Source of the DNA: Escherichia coli
Lineage (GTDB): Bacteria > Pseudomonadota > Gammaproteobacteria > Enterobacterales > Enterobacteriaceae
Reading direction: 5' to 3' (one strand)
DNA length: 64,000 nucleotides
Assembly (NCBI RefSeq): GCF_013315695.1
Contig: NZ_CP054353.1
Position numbers and translations under genes: made by a program. Under the pieces are notes generated by a model. It searched no databases and was not told where the DNA came from. It saw only the letters and a program-made list of their open reading frames with translations. This document shows positions 41,931 through 54,071 of the stretch, one piece after another; the first letter of the stretch is position 1; each line of letters begins with the position of its first letter.

Positions 41931-42931
41931 GCGCCACCTCGCGTTTTACGTCGCACGAGGAAGATCAGCACCGGTGCGCCAATAAAGGCACTGACTACAG
42001 AAACGCGTAACTCGCCGGGCACAATCACCCGCCCGATGATATCGGCAAACAGCAGCAGGGCAGGGGTGGCAAGTAGCGTGACGGGCAGCGACCAGCGATG
42101 ATCGGCACCTACCAGCCAGCGCGCCATATGCGGCATCATCAGGCCAATAAAGGCAATCGGGCCAACTACCGCCGTCGCACTACCACAAAGCACGGTAATC
42201 GCCAGCAGACCAATCAACTGTGTGCGCGCCACGCGGCTGCCCAGCGCCGTCGCGGTGTCACTGCCGAGGCTTAAACTGTTCAGCGCGCGGCTCAGTAATA
42301 GCGCGGTTGCTCCGGCGATCAGCACCGGGATCAGCACAACTTTTAAGGTATATAGATTGCGAATATCCAGCGAACCGGCTTGCCAGAAACGCAGTTGATC
42401 GTAGACGTCAGGATTAAGCAGGGCGATGCCGCTGGTCAGCCCTTCCAGCACCGCCGCCAGCGCCACGCCCGCCAGGGTTAAACGCACCGGACTTAACTGC
42501 CCGCCGCCCTGGCTGCCGGTAAAGGCAACAATCAACGAGGCCACCAGCGCCCCGGCGAAGGCCATCGCCAGTTGTTCCTGCGCGGATGAGTATCCAAACA
42601 GCGCCGCACCCAGCACAATGGCAAAGCTGGCTCCGGCGTTTACGCCAAGCAAGCCGGGGTCGGCAAGTGGGTTTCGGGTGAGGGTTTGCATCAACGCCCC
42701 GGCAAGGCCAAGCGCACCGCCGGCCAGTAAACCGGCAAGGGTGCGCGGCAGTCGTGCGTCGAGCACGATGGTGCAGTCGGCGCTCTGGCAGGTGCCGGAG
42801 AGGGCCTCCAGCACTACGGAAGCGGGGAGTGATTTTGCTCCAATGAGCAGGCTTAATGCCGTCGCGATAATCAGTAATAACAGCAATCCGGGCACGGCAA
42901 TGGCGCGTGTCACGGCAACAGAACCAGACAT
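41927..42931 (-). CDS. fepD: Ferric enterobactin ABC transporter permease FepD
   Basis: 334 aa from MSGSVAVTRAIAVPGLLLLL... Confidence 0.95.
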   Translation of the reverse strand: MSGSVAVTRAIAVPGLLLLLIIATALSLLIGAKSLPASVVLEALSGTCQSADCTIVLDARLPRTLAGLLAGGALGLAGALMQTLTRNPLADPGLLGVNAGASFAIVLGAALFGYSSAQEQLAMAFAGALVASLIVAFTGSQGGGQLSPVRLTLAGVALAAVLEGLTSGIALLNPDVYDQLRFWQAGSLDIRNLYTLKVVLIPVLIAGATALLLSRALNSLSLGSDTATALGSRVARTQLIGLLAITVLCGSATAVVGPIAFIGLMMPHMARWLVGADHRWSLPVTLLATPALLLFADIIGRVIVPGELRVSVVSAFIGAPVLIFLVRRKTRGGA

Positions 42932-42943
42932 ACGAACTTCCAT

Positions 42944-42968
42944 GATAATGAAATTAATTATCGTTATC
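42944..42968. promoter_or_regulatory. Fur box in the fepD-entS divergent promoter
   Basis: GATAATGAAATTAATTATCGTTATC between the divergent starts. Confidence 0.6.
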
Positions 42969-43041
42969 GATCTTATTTGGATATGTTAGCATGTGCAGCC
43001 TAAGAATAGGTATTTAAAATATTTGATGGCAAGGCATTGTA

Positions 43042-44292
43042 ATGAATAAACAATCCTGGCTGCTTAACCTCAGCCTGTTGAAAACGCACCCGGCGTTTCG
43101 CGCAGTATTCCTCGCTCGTTTTATCTCAATTGTTTCTCTGGGTTTGCTCGGCGTCGCGGTGCCGGTGCAGATCCAGATGATGACGCATTCTACCTGGCAG
43201 GTGGGGCTTTCGGTGACGCTGACCGGCGGCGCGATGTTTGTTGGCCTGATGGTCGGCGGTATGCTGGCGGATCGCTATGAGCGTAAAAAAGTGATTTTGC
43301 TGGCGCGCGGCACCTGTGGCATTGGCTTCATTGGACTGTGCCTGAACGCGCTGCTGCCGGAGCCGTCATTGCTGGCAATCTATTTACTTGGTTTATGGGA
43401 TGGTTTTTTCGCATCACTTGGCGTTACGGCGCTACTGGCGGCGACACCTGCACTGGTAGGGCGTGAAAACCTAATGCAGGCCGGGGCGATCACCATGTTG
43501 ACTGTGCGTCTGGGATCGGTGATTTCGCCCATGATTGGCGGTTTACTGCTGGCGACCGGAGGCGTAGCTTGGAACTACGGGCTGGCGGCGGCGGGCACGT
43601 TTATTACCTTGCTACCGTTGTTAAGCCTTCCGGCGTTGCCACCACCGCCGCAGCCGCGTGAGCATCCGTTGAAATCATTACTGGCAGGATTTCGTTTTCT
43701 ACTCGCCAGCCCGCTGGTGGGAGGGATTGCGTTGCTGGGTGGTTTATTGACGATGGCGAGCGCGGTGCGGGTCCTGTATCCGGCGCTGGCTGACAACTGG
43801 CAGATGTCGGCGGCACAGATTGGTTTTCTCTATGCGGCGATTCCGCTCGGCGCGGCTATTGGCGCGTTAACCAGCGGGAAGCTGGCACATAGTGCGCGAC
43901 CAGGGTTATTGATGCTGCTCTCCACGCTGGGATCGTTCCTTGCCATTGGTCTGTTTGGCCTGATGCCGATGTGGATTTTAGGCGTGGTTTGCCTGGCGCT
44001 GTTCGGTTGGTTGAGCGCGGTTAGTTCGTTGCTGCAATATACAATGCTGCAAACGCAAACCCCGGAAGCGATGTTAGGGCGGATTAACGGTTTGTGGACG
44101 GCGCAAAACGTGACGGGCGATGCCATAGGCGCAGCGCTGCTGGGCGGTTTGGGCGCGATGATGACACCGGTTGCTTCCGCAAGCGCGAGCGGTTTTGGTT
44201 TGTTGATTATCGGCGTGTTGTTATTGCTGGTGCTGGTGGAGTTGCGACGTTTTCGCCAGACGCCGCCGCAGATGACAGCGTCCGACAGTTAA
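43042..44292 (+). CDS. entS: Enterobactin exporter EntS (MFS)
   Basis: 416 aa, [31 protein letters not shown]... Confidence 0.9.
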   Translation: MNKQSWLLNLSLLKTHPAFRAVFLARFISIVSLGLLGVAVPVQIQMMTHSTWQVGLSVTLTGGAMFVGLMVGGMLADRYERKKVILLARGTCGIGFIGLCLNALLPEPSLLAIYLLGLWDGFFASLGVTALLAATPALVGRENLMQAGAITMLTVRLGSVISPMIGGLLLATGGVAWNYGLAAAGTFITLLPLLSLPALPPPPQPREHPLKSLLAGFRFLLASPLVGGIALLGGLLTMASAVRVLYPALADNWQMSAAQIGFLYAAIPLGAAIGALTSGKLAHSARPGLLMLLSTLGSFLAIGLFGLMPMWILGVVCLALFGWLSAVSSLLQYTMLQTQTPEAMLGRINGLWTAQNVTGDAIGAALLGGLGAMMTPVASASASGFGLLIIGVLLLLVLVELRRFRQTPPQMTASDS

Positions 44293-44295
44293 TGC

Positions 44296-45252
44296 TTAAA
44301 ACAGCGCCTTAAGTCGTTCCAGCACTTGCATGGCGCTGTAGTAATCCAGGCGGAACGTCTCGGTTCCCAGCGCATAAACCTGCTTGTTTTGTACTGCAGG
44401 CAGGTGCGCGAGCAGTGGATTGGCATAAATCGCATCGGCATCTTTCTGATCACCAGCGAACAGGAATAGTGAATCGCCATTTAACCCTGCAGCCAGATTT
44501 TCTCCACCAAGCTGAATGATGTCATGGCGTTTGCCTTGGCTTTGGCTGGCGTTTAACCCTGCGGGCAATTTCGCCAACGTAAAGCCGAGTTGTTCCAGCA
44601 TCTGCCCTTGTGCTGATTCCGGCGTCCAGAGATTGGCACTGTGTGCAGCGGCGGTATAGACAATGGCAGTGACCGGCTGCGGCGGTAATTTGATTTGCTC
44701 TTTCGCCGCCGCCAGTTGCTTATCAAACTGTGCAATCCGCTCTGCCGCTTGTTTCTCATGCCCGGTAATTTCGCCAAGCTGCGTTAACAGCGACTGCCAG
44801 CTTTTGTCGTCGTAATTGATGATTAATGTTGGGGCGATGGTAGAAAGCTGATCGTACAGCGCCAGCGCCGAATCCCCGCCGGTTGCGCTAATTAAAATCA
44901 GATCCGGCATTTGCGCGGCAACGGCTTCGGCGCTCGGTTCGCCGATATAGATCCGTTGCAGTTTGCGTTCTTTCGCCACCTTGCTCCACTGGCGTAAAAA
45001 GCCCTGGTCATCCGCGACGCGGTTATTTGGCGTGGTCGCGCCGCTGGCGATCACCGGAGCATCAATCGCCAGCAGTGAGCCGGTCAGGGTGACGCTGGTG
45101 GAAACTATACGCTGCGGCTGGCTTTCCAGGGTATGAGTGCCCCGGCTGTCAGTAATCTGACGCGGCCAGTCGGCGGCCTGAACTGCGACTATTCCTGAAA
45201 GCAAAAGTCCTGTTAATAGAAGGGCGTTGCGGTAGAGCGGGGCGAGTCTCAC
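44296..45252 (-). CDS. fepB: Periplasmic ferric enterobactin-binding protein FepB
   Basis: 318 aa, [35 protein letters not shown]... Confidence 0.95.
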   Translation of the reverse strand: MRLAPLYRNALLLTGLLLSGIVAVQAADWPRQITDSRGTHTLESQPQRIVSTSVTLTGSLLAIDAPVIASGATTPNNRVADDQGFLRQWSKVAKERKLQRIYIGEPSAEAVAAQMPDLILISATGGDSALALYDQLSTIAPTLIINYDDKSWQSLLTQLGEITGHEKQAAERIAQFDKQLAAAKEQIKLPPQPVTAIVYTAAAHSANLWTPESAQGQMLEQLGFTLAKLPAGLNASQSQGKRHDIIQLGGENLAAGLNGDSLFLFAGDQKDADAIYANPLLAHLPAVQNKQVYALGTETFRLDYYSAMQVLERLKALF

Positions 45253-45392
45253 AAATTAGCTTCCTGTTATTAATAGAGTTAATGCTTCTCATTTTCATTG
45301 TAACCACAAACAGATGCAACCCCGAGTTGCAGATTGCGTTACCTCAAGAGTTGACATAGTGCGCGTTTGCTTTTAGGTTAGCGACCGAAAAT

Positions 45393-45415
45393 ATAAATGA
45401 TAATCATTATTAAAG
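45393..45415. promoter_or_regulatory. Fur box in the fepB-entC bidirectional promoter
   Basis: ATAAATGATAATCATTATTAAAG contains a near-consensus AATGATAATCATTAT. Confidence 0.7.
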
Positions 45416-45440
45416 CCTTTATCATTTTGTGGAGGATGAT

Positions 45441-46616
45441 ATGGATACGTCACTGGCTGAGGAAGTACAGCAGACCATGGCAACACTTGCGCCCAATCGC
45501 TTTTTCTTTATGTCGCCGTACCGCAGTTTTACGACGTCAGGATGTTTCGCCCGCTTCGATGAACCGGCTGTGAACGGGGATTCGCCCGACAGTCCCTTCC
45601 AGCAAAAACTCGCCGCGTTGTTTGCCGATGCCAAAGCGCAGGGCATCAAAAATCCGGTGATGGTCGGGGCGATTCCCTTCGATCCACGTCAGCCTTCGTC
45701 GCTGTATATTCCCGAATCCTGGCAGTCGTTCTCCCGTCAGGAAAAACAAGCTTCCGCACGCCGTTTCACCCGCAGCCAGTCGCTGAACGTGGTGGAACGT
45801 CAGGCAATTCCGGAACAAGCCACGTTTGAACAGATGGTTGCCCGCGCCGCCGCACTTACCGCCACGCCGCAGGTCGACAAAGTGGTGTTGTCACGGTTGA
45901 TTGATATCACCACTGACGCCGCCATTGATAGTGGCGTATTGCTGGAACGGTTGATTGCACAAAACCCGGTTAGTTACAACTTCCATGTCCCGCTGGCTGA
46001 TGGTGGCGTTCTGCTGGGGGCCAGCCCGGAGCTGCTGCTACGTAAAGACGGCGAGCGTTTTAGCTCCATTCCGTTAGCCGGTTCCGCGCGTCGTCAGCCG
46101 GATGAAGTGCTCGATCGCGAAGCGGGTAATCGTCTGTTGGCCTCAGAAAAAGATCGTCATGAACATGAGTTGGTGACTCAGGCGATGAAAGAGGTACTGC
46201 GAGAACGCAGCAGTGAGTTAAACGTTCCTTCCTCTCCACAATTGATTACCACGCCGACGCTGTGGCATCTCGCAACTCCCTTTGAAGGTAAAGCGAATTC
46301 GCAAGAAAACGCACTGACTCTGGCCTGTCTGCTGCATCCGACCCCCGCGCTGAGCGGTTTCCCGCATCAGGCCGCGACCCAGGTTATTGCTGAACTGGAG
46401 CAGTTCGACCGCGAACTGTTTGGCGGCATTGTGGGTTGGTGTGACAGCGAAGGTAACGGCGAATGGGTTGTGACCATCCGCTGCGCGAAGCTGCGGGAAA
46501 ATCAGGTGCGTCTGTTTGCCGGAGCGGGGATTGTGCCTGCGTCGTCACCGTTGGGTGAGTGGCGCGAAACGGGCGTCAAACTTTCTACCATGTTGAACGT
46601 TTTTGGATTGCATTAA
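45441..46616 (+). CDS. entC: Isochorismate synthase EntC
   Basis: 391 aa from MDTSLAEEVQQTMATLAPNRFFFMSPYRSF. Confidence 0.95.
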   Translation: MDTSLAEEVQQTMATLAPNRFFFMSPYRSFTTSGCFARFDEPAVNGDSPDSPFQQKLAALFADAKAQGIKNPVMVGAIPFDPRQPSSLYIPESWQSFSRQEKQASARRFTRSQSLNVVERQAIPEQATFEQMVARAAALTATPQVDKVVLSRLIDITTDAAIDSGVLLERLIAQNPVSYNFHVPLADGGVLLGASPELLLRKDGERFSSIPLAGSARRQPDEVLDREAGNRLLASEKDRHEHELVTQAMKEVLRERSSELNVPSSPQLITTPTLWHLATPFEGKANSQENALTLACLLHPTPALSGFPHQAATQVIAELEQFDRELFGGIVGWCDSEGNGEWVVTIRCAKLRENQVRLFAGAGIVPASSPLGEWRETGVKLSTMLNVFGLH

Positions 46617-46625
46617 GGAGTGAGG

Positions 46626-48236
46626 ATGAGCATTCCATTCACCCGCTGGCCGGAAGAGTTTGCCTGTCGCTATCGGGAAAAAGGCTACTGGCAGGATTTG
46701 CCGCTGACCGACATTCTGACGCGACATGCTGCGAGTGACAGCATCGCGGTTATCGACGGCGAGCGGCAGTTGAGTTACCGGGAGCTGAATCAGGCGGCGG
46801 ATAACCTCGCGTGTAGTTTGCGCCGTCAGGGCATTAAACCTGGTGAAACCGCGCTGGTACAGCTGGGTAACGTCGCTGAATTGTATATTACCTTTTTCGC
46901 GCTGCTGAAACTGGGCGTTGCGCCGGTGCTGGCGCTGTTCAGCCATCAGCGTAGTGAACTGAACGCCTACGCCAGCCAGATTGAACCGGCGTTACTGATT
47001 GCCGATCGCCAACATGCGCTGTTTAGCGGGGATGATTTCCTCAACACATTTGTTGCAGAGCATTCTTCCATTCGCGTGGTGCAGCTGCTCAACGACAGCG
47101 GTGAGCATAACTTGCAGGATGCGATTAACCATCCGGCAGAGGGTTTTACTGCCACGCCATCACCTGCTGATGAAGTGGCCTATTTCCAGCTTTCCGGCGG
47201 CACCACCGGCACACCGAAACTGATCCCGCGCACTCATAACGACTACTACTACAGCGTGCGTCGTAGCGTCGAGATTTGTCAGTTCACACAACAGACACGC
47301 TACCTGTGCGCGATCCCGGCGGCTCATAACTACGCCATGAGTTCACCGGGATCGTTGGGGGTATTTCTCGCTGGCGGCACTGTCGTTCTGGCGGCCGACC
47401 CCAGCGCCACGCTTTGCTTCCCATTGATTGAAAAACATCAGGTGAACGTCACCGCGCTGGTGCCGCCAGCAGTCAGCCTGTGGTTGCAGGCACTGGCTGA
47501 AGGCGAAAGCCGGGCGCAGCTTGCCTCGCTGAAACTGTTACAGGTTGGCGGCGCCCGTCTTTCTGCCACCCTTGCGGCGCGTATTCCCGCTGAGATTGGC
47601 TGTCAGTTGCAGCAGGTGTTTGGCATGGCGGAAGGGCTGGTGAACTACACCCGTCTTGATGATAGTGCGGAGAAAATTATCCATACCCAGGGTTACCCAA
47701 TGTGCCCGGACGATGAAGTATGGGTTGCCGATGCCGAAGGAAATCCACTGCCGCAAGGGGAAGTTGGACGCCTGATGACGCGCGGGCCGTACACCTTCCG
47801 TGGCTATTACAAAAGCCCGCAGCACAATGCCAGCGCCTTTGATGCCAACGGTTTTTACTGTTCCGGCGATCTGATCTCTATTGATCCAGAGGGTTACATC
47901 ACCGTGCAGGGGCGCGAGAAAGATCAGATCAACCGTGGCGGCGAGAAGATCGCTGCCGAAGAGATCGAAAACCTGCTGCTGCGCCATCCGGCGGTGATCT
48001 ACGCCGCACTGGTGAGCATGGAAGATGAGCTGATGGGCGAAAAAAGCTGTGCTTATCTGGTGGTAAAAGAGCCGCTGCGCGCGGTGCAGGTGCGTCGTTT
48101 CCTGCGTGAACAGGGTATTGCCGAATTTAAATTACCGGATCGCGTGGAGTGTGTGGATTCACTTCCGCTGACGGCGGTCGGGAAAGTCGATAAAAAACAA
48201 TTACGTCAGTGGCTGGCGTCACGCACATCAGCCTGA
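46626..48236 (+). CDS. entE: 2,3-dihydroxybenzoate-AMP ligase EntE
   Basis: 536 aa from [13 protein letters not shown]. Adenylation motifs ([16 protein letters not shown]; YCSGDLISI). Confidence 0.95.
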   Translation: MSIPFTRWPEEFACRYREKGYWQDLPLTDILTRHAASDSIAVIDGERQLSYRELNQAADNLACSLRRQGIKPGETALVQLGNVAELYITFFALLKLGVAPVLALFSHQRSELNAYASQIEPALLIADRQHALFSGDDFLNTFVAEHSSIRVVQLLNDSGEHNLQDAINHPAEGFTATPSPADEVAYFQLSGGTTGTPKLIPRTHNDYYYSVRRSVEICQFTQQTRYLCAIPAAHNYAMSSPGSLGVFLAGGTVVLAADPSATLCFPLIEKHQVNVTALVPPAVSLWLQALAEGESRAQLASLKLLQVGGARLSATLAARIPAEIGCQLQQVFGMAEGLVNYTRLDDSAEKIIHTQGYPMCPDDEVWVADAEGNPLPQGEVGRLMTRGPYTFRGYYKSPQHNASAFDANGFYCSGDLISIDPEGYITVQGREKDQINRGGEKIAAEEIENLLLRHPAVIYAALVSMEDELMGEKSCAYLVVKEPLRAVQVRRFLREQGIAEFKLPDRVECVDSLPLTAVGKVDKKQLRQWLASRTSA

Positions 48237-48249
48237 AGGAGAGAACACG

Positions 48250-49106
48250 ATGGCTATTCCAAAATTACAGGCTTACGCACTGCCGGAGTCTCACGATATT
48301 CCGCACAATAAAGTCGACTGGGCCTTTGAACCGCAACGTGCCGCGTTGTTAATCCATGATATGCAGGACTATTTTGTCAGCTTCTGGGGTGAGAACTGCC
48401 CGATGATGGAGCAGGTGATCGCGAATATTGCGGCACTACGCGACTACTGCAAACAGCACAATATCCCGGTTTATTACACCGCCCAGCCGAAAGAGCAGAG
48501 CGATGAAGATCGGGCGCTGTTGAATGATATGTGGGGGCCTGGCCTGACCCGTTCGCCGGAACAGCAAAAGGTGGTGGATCGCCTGACGCCAGATGCCGAC
48601 GACACGGTGCTGGTGAAGTGGCGCTACAGCGCGTTTCATCGTTCCCCGCTGGAGCAAATGCTCAAAGAGAGTGGACGTAACCAGCTGATTATTACCGGGG
48701 TATATGCCCACATTGGCTGTATGACCACCGCAACGGACGCATTTATGCGCGATATTAAACCGTTTATGGTGGCGGATGCGCTGGCCGATTTCAGCCGTGA
48801 CGAGCATTTGATGTCGCTGAAATATGTGGCCGGACGTTCTGGTCGGGTGGTGATGACCGAAGAATTGCTGCCAGCACCTATCCCCGCCAGCAAAGCGGCG
48901 CTGCGTGAGGTGATCCTGCCGTTGCTGGACGAGTCCGATGAACCGTTCGATGACGACAACCTGATCGACTACGGTCTGGATTCGGTGCGCATGATGGCGC
49001 TGGCGGCGCGCTGGCGCAAAGTGCATGGCGATATCGACTTTGTCATGCTGGCGAAAAACCCGACCATCGACGCCTGGTGGAAGCTACTCTCCCGCGAGGT
49101 GAAATA

Positions 49107-49107
<1 letters not shown>
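48250..49107 (+). CDS. entB: Isochorismatase / aryl carrier protein EntB
   Basis: 285 aa, MAIPKLQAYALPESHDIP..., C-terminal ArCP LIDYGLDSVRMMAL. Confidence 0.95.
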
Positions 49108-50269
<1,162 letters not shown>

Positions 50270-50449
50270 ACCCGACAGAATAAAATGAGATTGCAGGAAA
50301 ATTCGGTTAACGGAGTGATCGAGTTAACGTTGTTAAGTTAAATATTGGTTTTAACTCTGATTTACATGGTTGCTGTGTTGTTAAATTGTACAAAGATGTT
50401 ATAGAAACAAAATGTAACATCTCTATGGACACGCACACGGATAACAACT

Positions 50450-52555
50450 ATGAACAAATCAGGGAAATACCTCGTCTGGACAGTGCTCTCTGTAATGGGA
50501 GCATTTGCTCTGGGATATATTGCTTTAAATCGTGGGGAACAGATCAACGCGCTGTGGATTGTGGTGGCGTCGGTCTGTATCTATCTGATCGCTTACCGTT
50601 TTTATGGGCTGTATATCGCCAAAAATGTGCTGGCGGTTGACCCGACGCGTATGACGCCCGCGGTGCGCCATAACGACGGGCTGGACTATGTGCCGACGGA
50701 CAAAAAAGTGCTGTTCGGTCACCATTTTGCGGCCATTGCCGGAGCAGGTCCGTTGGTTGGGCCGGTACTGGCGGCGCAAATGGGCTACCTGCCGGGGATG
50801 ATCTGGCTGCTTGCCGGGGTGGTTCTCGCCGGTGCGGTGCAGGATTTCATGGTGCTGTTTGTTTCTACGCGCCGTGACGGTCGCTCGCTGGGTGAGCTGG
50901 TCAAAGAAGAGATGGGGCCAACCGCCGGGGTGATAGCGCTGGTGGCCTGCTTTATGATCATGGTCATTATCCTTGCCGTGCTGGCGATGATCGTGGTGAA
51001 AGCCCTGACTCATAGCCCGTGGGGAACGTATACCGTTGCGTTCACCATTCCGCTGGCTCTGTTTATGGGGATCTACCTGCGCTATTTGCGTCCGGGCCGC
51101 ATTGGGGAAGTGTCGGTGATTGGCCTGGTATTCCTGATTTTCGCCATTATCTCTGGCGGCTGGGTGGCAGAAAGCCCGACCTGGGCACCGTACTTTGACT
51201 TTACCGGCGTGCAGCTGACCTGGATGCTGGTGGGTTACGGTTTTGTGGCGGCGGTGCTGCCGGTGTGGTTGCTGCTGGCCCCGCGCGACTACCTCTCAAC
51301 TTTCCTGAAAATCGGGACTATCGTCGGTCTGGCGGTAGGCATTCTGATTATGCGCCCGACGCTGACCATGCCCGCGCTAACTAAATTTGTCGATGGCACT
51401 GGCCCGGTATGGACCGGTAACCTGTTCCCGTTCCTGTTTATCACCATCGCCTGTGGCGCGGTGTCTGGCTTCCATGCGCTGATCTCTTCCGGCACCACGC
51501 CGAAGATGCTGGCGAACGAAGGGCAGGCGTGTTTTATCGGCTACGGCGGGATGTTAATGGAATCCTTCGTGGCGATTATGGCGCTGGTTTCCGCCTGTAT
51601 CATCGATCCAGGTGTGTACTTCGCTATGAACAGCCCGATGGCAGTGCTGGCTCCGGCAGGGACGGCGGATGTAGTCGCTTCTGCGGCGCAGGTGGTGAGT
51701 AGCTGGGGCTTTGCGATTACCCCGGATACGCTAAATCAGATTGCCAGCGAAGTGGGGGAACAGTCGATCATTTCCCGTGCGGGCGGTGCGCCGACCCTGG
51801 CGGTGGGGATGGCCTACATTCTGCACGGTGCTCTGGGCGGCATGATGGATGTGGCGTTCTGGTATCACTTCGCCATTCTGTTTGAAGCACTGTTTATTCT
51901 GACGGCGGTGGATGCAGGTACGCGTGCTGCGCGCTTTATGTTGCAGGATCTGCTGGGCGTGGTGTCTCCGGGCCTGAAACGGACCGATTCACTGCCTGCT
52001 AACCTGCTGGCAACGGCGCTGTGCGTGCTGGCTTGGGGTTACTTTCTGCATCAGGGCGTGGTCGATCCGCTGGGCGGTATTAACACTCTGTGGCCACTGT
52101 TTGGTATTGCCAACCAGATGCTGGCAGGGATGGCGCTGATGCTTTGTGCTGTGGTGCTGTTCAAAATGAAACGTCAACGTTACGCCTGGGTGGCGCTGGT
52201 ACCAACGGCCTGGCTGCTGATTTGTACCCTGACCGCAGGCTGGCAGAAAGCGTTTAGCCCGGATGCGAAAGTCGGCTTCTTGGCCATTGCTAATAAGTTC
52301 CAGGCAATGATCGACAGCGGCAATATTCCGTCGCAGTATACTGAGTCACAACTGGCGCAACTGGTGTTCAACAACCGTCTTGATGCCGGGTTAACCATCT
52401 TCTTTATGGTGGTCGTGGTGGTTCTGGCGCTGTTCTCGATTAAGACGGCACTGGCGGCATTGAAAGAGCCGAAGCCAACGGCGAAAGAAACGCCGTATGA
52501 GCCAATGCCGGAAAATGTCGAGGAGATCGTGGCGCAGGCAAAAGGCGCGCACTAA
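50450..52555 (+). CDS. cstA: Carbon starvation protein A CstA (peptide/pyruvate transporter family)
   Basis: 701-aa polytopic membrane protein, MNKSGKYLVWTVLSVMGAFALGYIALNRGEQ... Confidence 0.9.
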   Translation: MNKSGKYLVWTVLSVMGAFALGYIALNRGEQINALWIVVASVCIYLIAYRFYGLYIAKNVLAVDPTRMTPAVRHNDGLDYVPTDKKVLFGHHFAAIAGAGPLVGPVLAAQMGYLPGMIWLLAGVVLAGAVQDFMVLFVSTRRDGRSLGELVKEEMGPTAGVIALVACFMIMVIILAVLAMIVVKALTHSPWGTYTVAFTIPLALFMGIYLRYLRPGRIGEVSVIGLVFLIFAIISGGWVAESPTWAPYFDFTGVQLTWMLVGYGFVAAVLPVWLLLAPRDYLSTFLKIGTIVGLAVGILIMRPTLTMPALTKFVDGTGPVWTGNLFPFLFITIACGAVSGFHALISSGTTPKMLANEGQACFIGYGGMLMESFVAIMALVSACIIDPGVYFAMNSPMAVLAPAGTADVVASAAQVVSSWGFAITPDTLNQIASEVGEQSIISRAGGAPTLAVGMAYILHGALGGMMDVAFWYHFAILFEALFILTAVDAGTRAARFMLQDLLGVVSPGLKRTDSLPANLLATALCVLAWGYFLHQGVVDPLGGINTLWPLFGIANQMLAGMALMLCAVVLFKMKRQRYAWVALVPTAWLLICTLTAGWQKAFSPDAKVGFLAIANKFQAMIDSGNIPSQYTESQLAQLVFNNRLDAGLTIFFMVVVVVLALFSIKTALAALKEPKPTAKETPYEPMPENVEEIVAQAKGAH

Positions 52556-52667
52556 AGTCAGAGTGAGGGGGAATGTGCTGAGCGTTCCCCTTACTCTCAG
52601 CCCGAGCATGTTGATAGCAATTAAGCCCTCTTAATTCAGGAGGGCATTTGTATTACCGGAGGTTTAG

Positions 52668-52865
52668 ATGTTTGATTCACTGGCAAAAGCCGGAAAATAT
52701 TTAGGTCAGGCGGCGAAACTGATGATTGGTATGCCTGATTACGACAACTATGTCGAACATATGCGGGTTAACCATCCCGATCAAACGCCGATGACCTACG
52801 AGGAGTTTTTCCGTGAGCGGCAGGACGCGCGCTACGGTGGAAAAGGCGGCGCGCGCTGCTGCTAA
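52668..52865 (+). CDS. ybdD: YbdD (DUF466 small protein, CstA partner)
   Basis: 65 aa, [65 protein letters not shown]. Confidence 0.8.
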   Translation: MFDSLAKAGKYLGQAAKLMIGMPDYDNYVEHMRVNHPDQTPMTYEEFFRERQDARYGGKGGARCC

Positions 52866-52874
52866 ATTTGTACG

Positions 52875-53963
52875 TCAGGCTTTAAACGATTCCACTTTTT
52901 CGAACGCTGCACGCAACGTATCCGGTGTCAGCGTGACCGGCAGGTAATGAATGGATTCCACCGGACGTAAGGTGTGGGCAATCACTTTGTCGATCTCCGC
53001 CTGATTATTGATATCCACTTCCAGCTCCGCCAGCGTAGTCGGCAGATGAAAACGCTGATACGCCCCGGTTAATTGCGCCAGCACATCATCCTGACCCAGC
53101 AAGGCGCTTTGCACCAGAATTCCGTAGGCGACTTTGGTGCCGTGGAGAAACTTCTCGGTTTGCGGCAGCACGGTCAGACCGTTATGCACGGCATGGGCCG
53201 CCGCCACACGCGTAAAACGATCGCCCAGACCACCGACCATTCCACCTCCGGCGATAATCGCATCCACCACATCGCAAAATGATTGCGTTAACTGGTGATT
53301 TTGCTGATCGCTCAGCGCCTGTTCGCTACTGTTTAACAAGACGTCGCGAATAGCCTGCGCATTATTGATCCCTAGCCGCACGGTTAGCGGCAACGTTTCT
53401 GGTTGCGGGGCCAGCACCACCGCTTCATACCATTTCGCCAGCGTGTCACCGATCCCCGCCAGCAGATATTGTTGCGGCGCGTTGAGGATAATCTCCGGTT
53501 CCACCAGCACCATAAAATTGGCGTCGTCGAAAATCTCATAATGCAGCGCTTGTCCGGCATCGTTGTACCAGACAGAGAGCGGTGTCCAGGCTGCGCAGGT
53601 AGCGGCGATCGTCGGAACGGCAACAAACGGCAGACCGAGACGGCGGGCGAGGGCTTTCGCGGTGTCGAGCAGTGCGCCGCCGCCGACGCCAATCACCACG
53701 CTGCGATCGTCACCGGACTCAGCCGCCAGTTGTTGTACATCGCTTTCGCTGCAATGACCACGAAACAAAATATGCTTTACCCCTGGCAGTTCAAACGCAG
53801 GCGGCAGTTTGGTTTGTGCCGCAGCAATGGCGCGTTCGCCGTAGATCCACACTGCGCGAGAAAGTTGTTCATCAGTGAAAAAATCGTGCAGGTGATTGAA
53901 ACTTCCGGGATGTGAAAAGTAGTTAGCCGGGCCGACGACCACGCGGATAGGATTGTGAGGCAT
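52875..53963 (-). CDS. ybdH: Iron-containing alcohol-dehydrogenase-family oxidoreductase YbdH (hydroxycarboxylate dehydrogenase)
   Basis: 362 aa, MPHNPIRVVVGPANYFSHPGS..., GGGALLDTAKA motif. Confidence 0.85.
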   Translation of the reverse strand: MPHNPIRVVVGPANYFSHPGSFNHLHDFFTDEQLSRAVWIYGERAIAAAQTKLPPAFELPGVKHILFRGHCSESDVQQLAAESGDDRSVVIGVGGGALLDTAKALARRLGLPFVAVPTIAATCAAWTPLSVWYNDAGQALHYEIFDDANFMVLVEPEIILNAPQQYLLAGIGDTLAKWYEAVVLAPQPETLPLTVRLGINNAQAIRDVLLNSSEQALSDQQNHQLTQSFCDVVDAIIAGGGMVGGLGDRFTRVAAAHAVHNGLTVLPQTEKFLHGTKVAYGILVQSALLGQDDVLAQLTGAYQRFHLPTTLAELEVDINNQAEIDKVIAHTLRPVESIHYLPVTLTPDTLRAAFEKVESFKA

Positions 53964-54071
53964 GTTGTGTTGTCCTTATTGTTTTATTTAGACATCTAAA
54001 CGTCTTGATTGCCAAATACTAGCATCGTGTTATAGTGCCTTCAACACGCAACTTCGTCAGGTACAATAAAA

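Noticed and set aside
50270-50449. CRP-like half-sites upstream of cstA (around AATGTAACATCTCTATGGACACG)
   Set aside because: The match to TGTGA-N6-TCACA is poor by eye. cstA is known to be CRP-dependent, but I could not place the site confidently, so it is not annotated.
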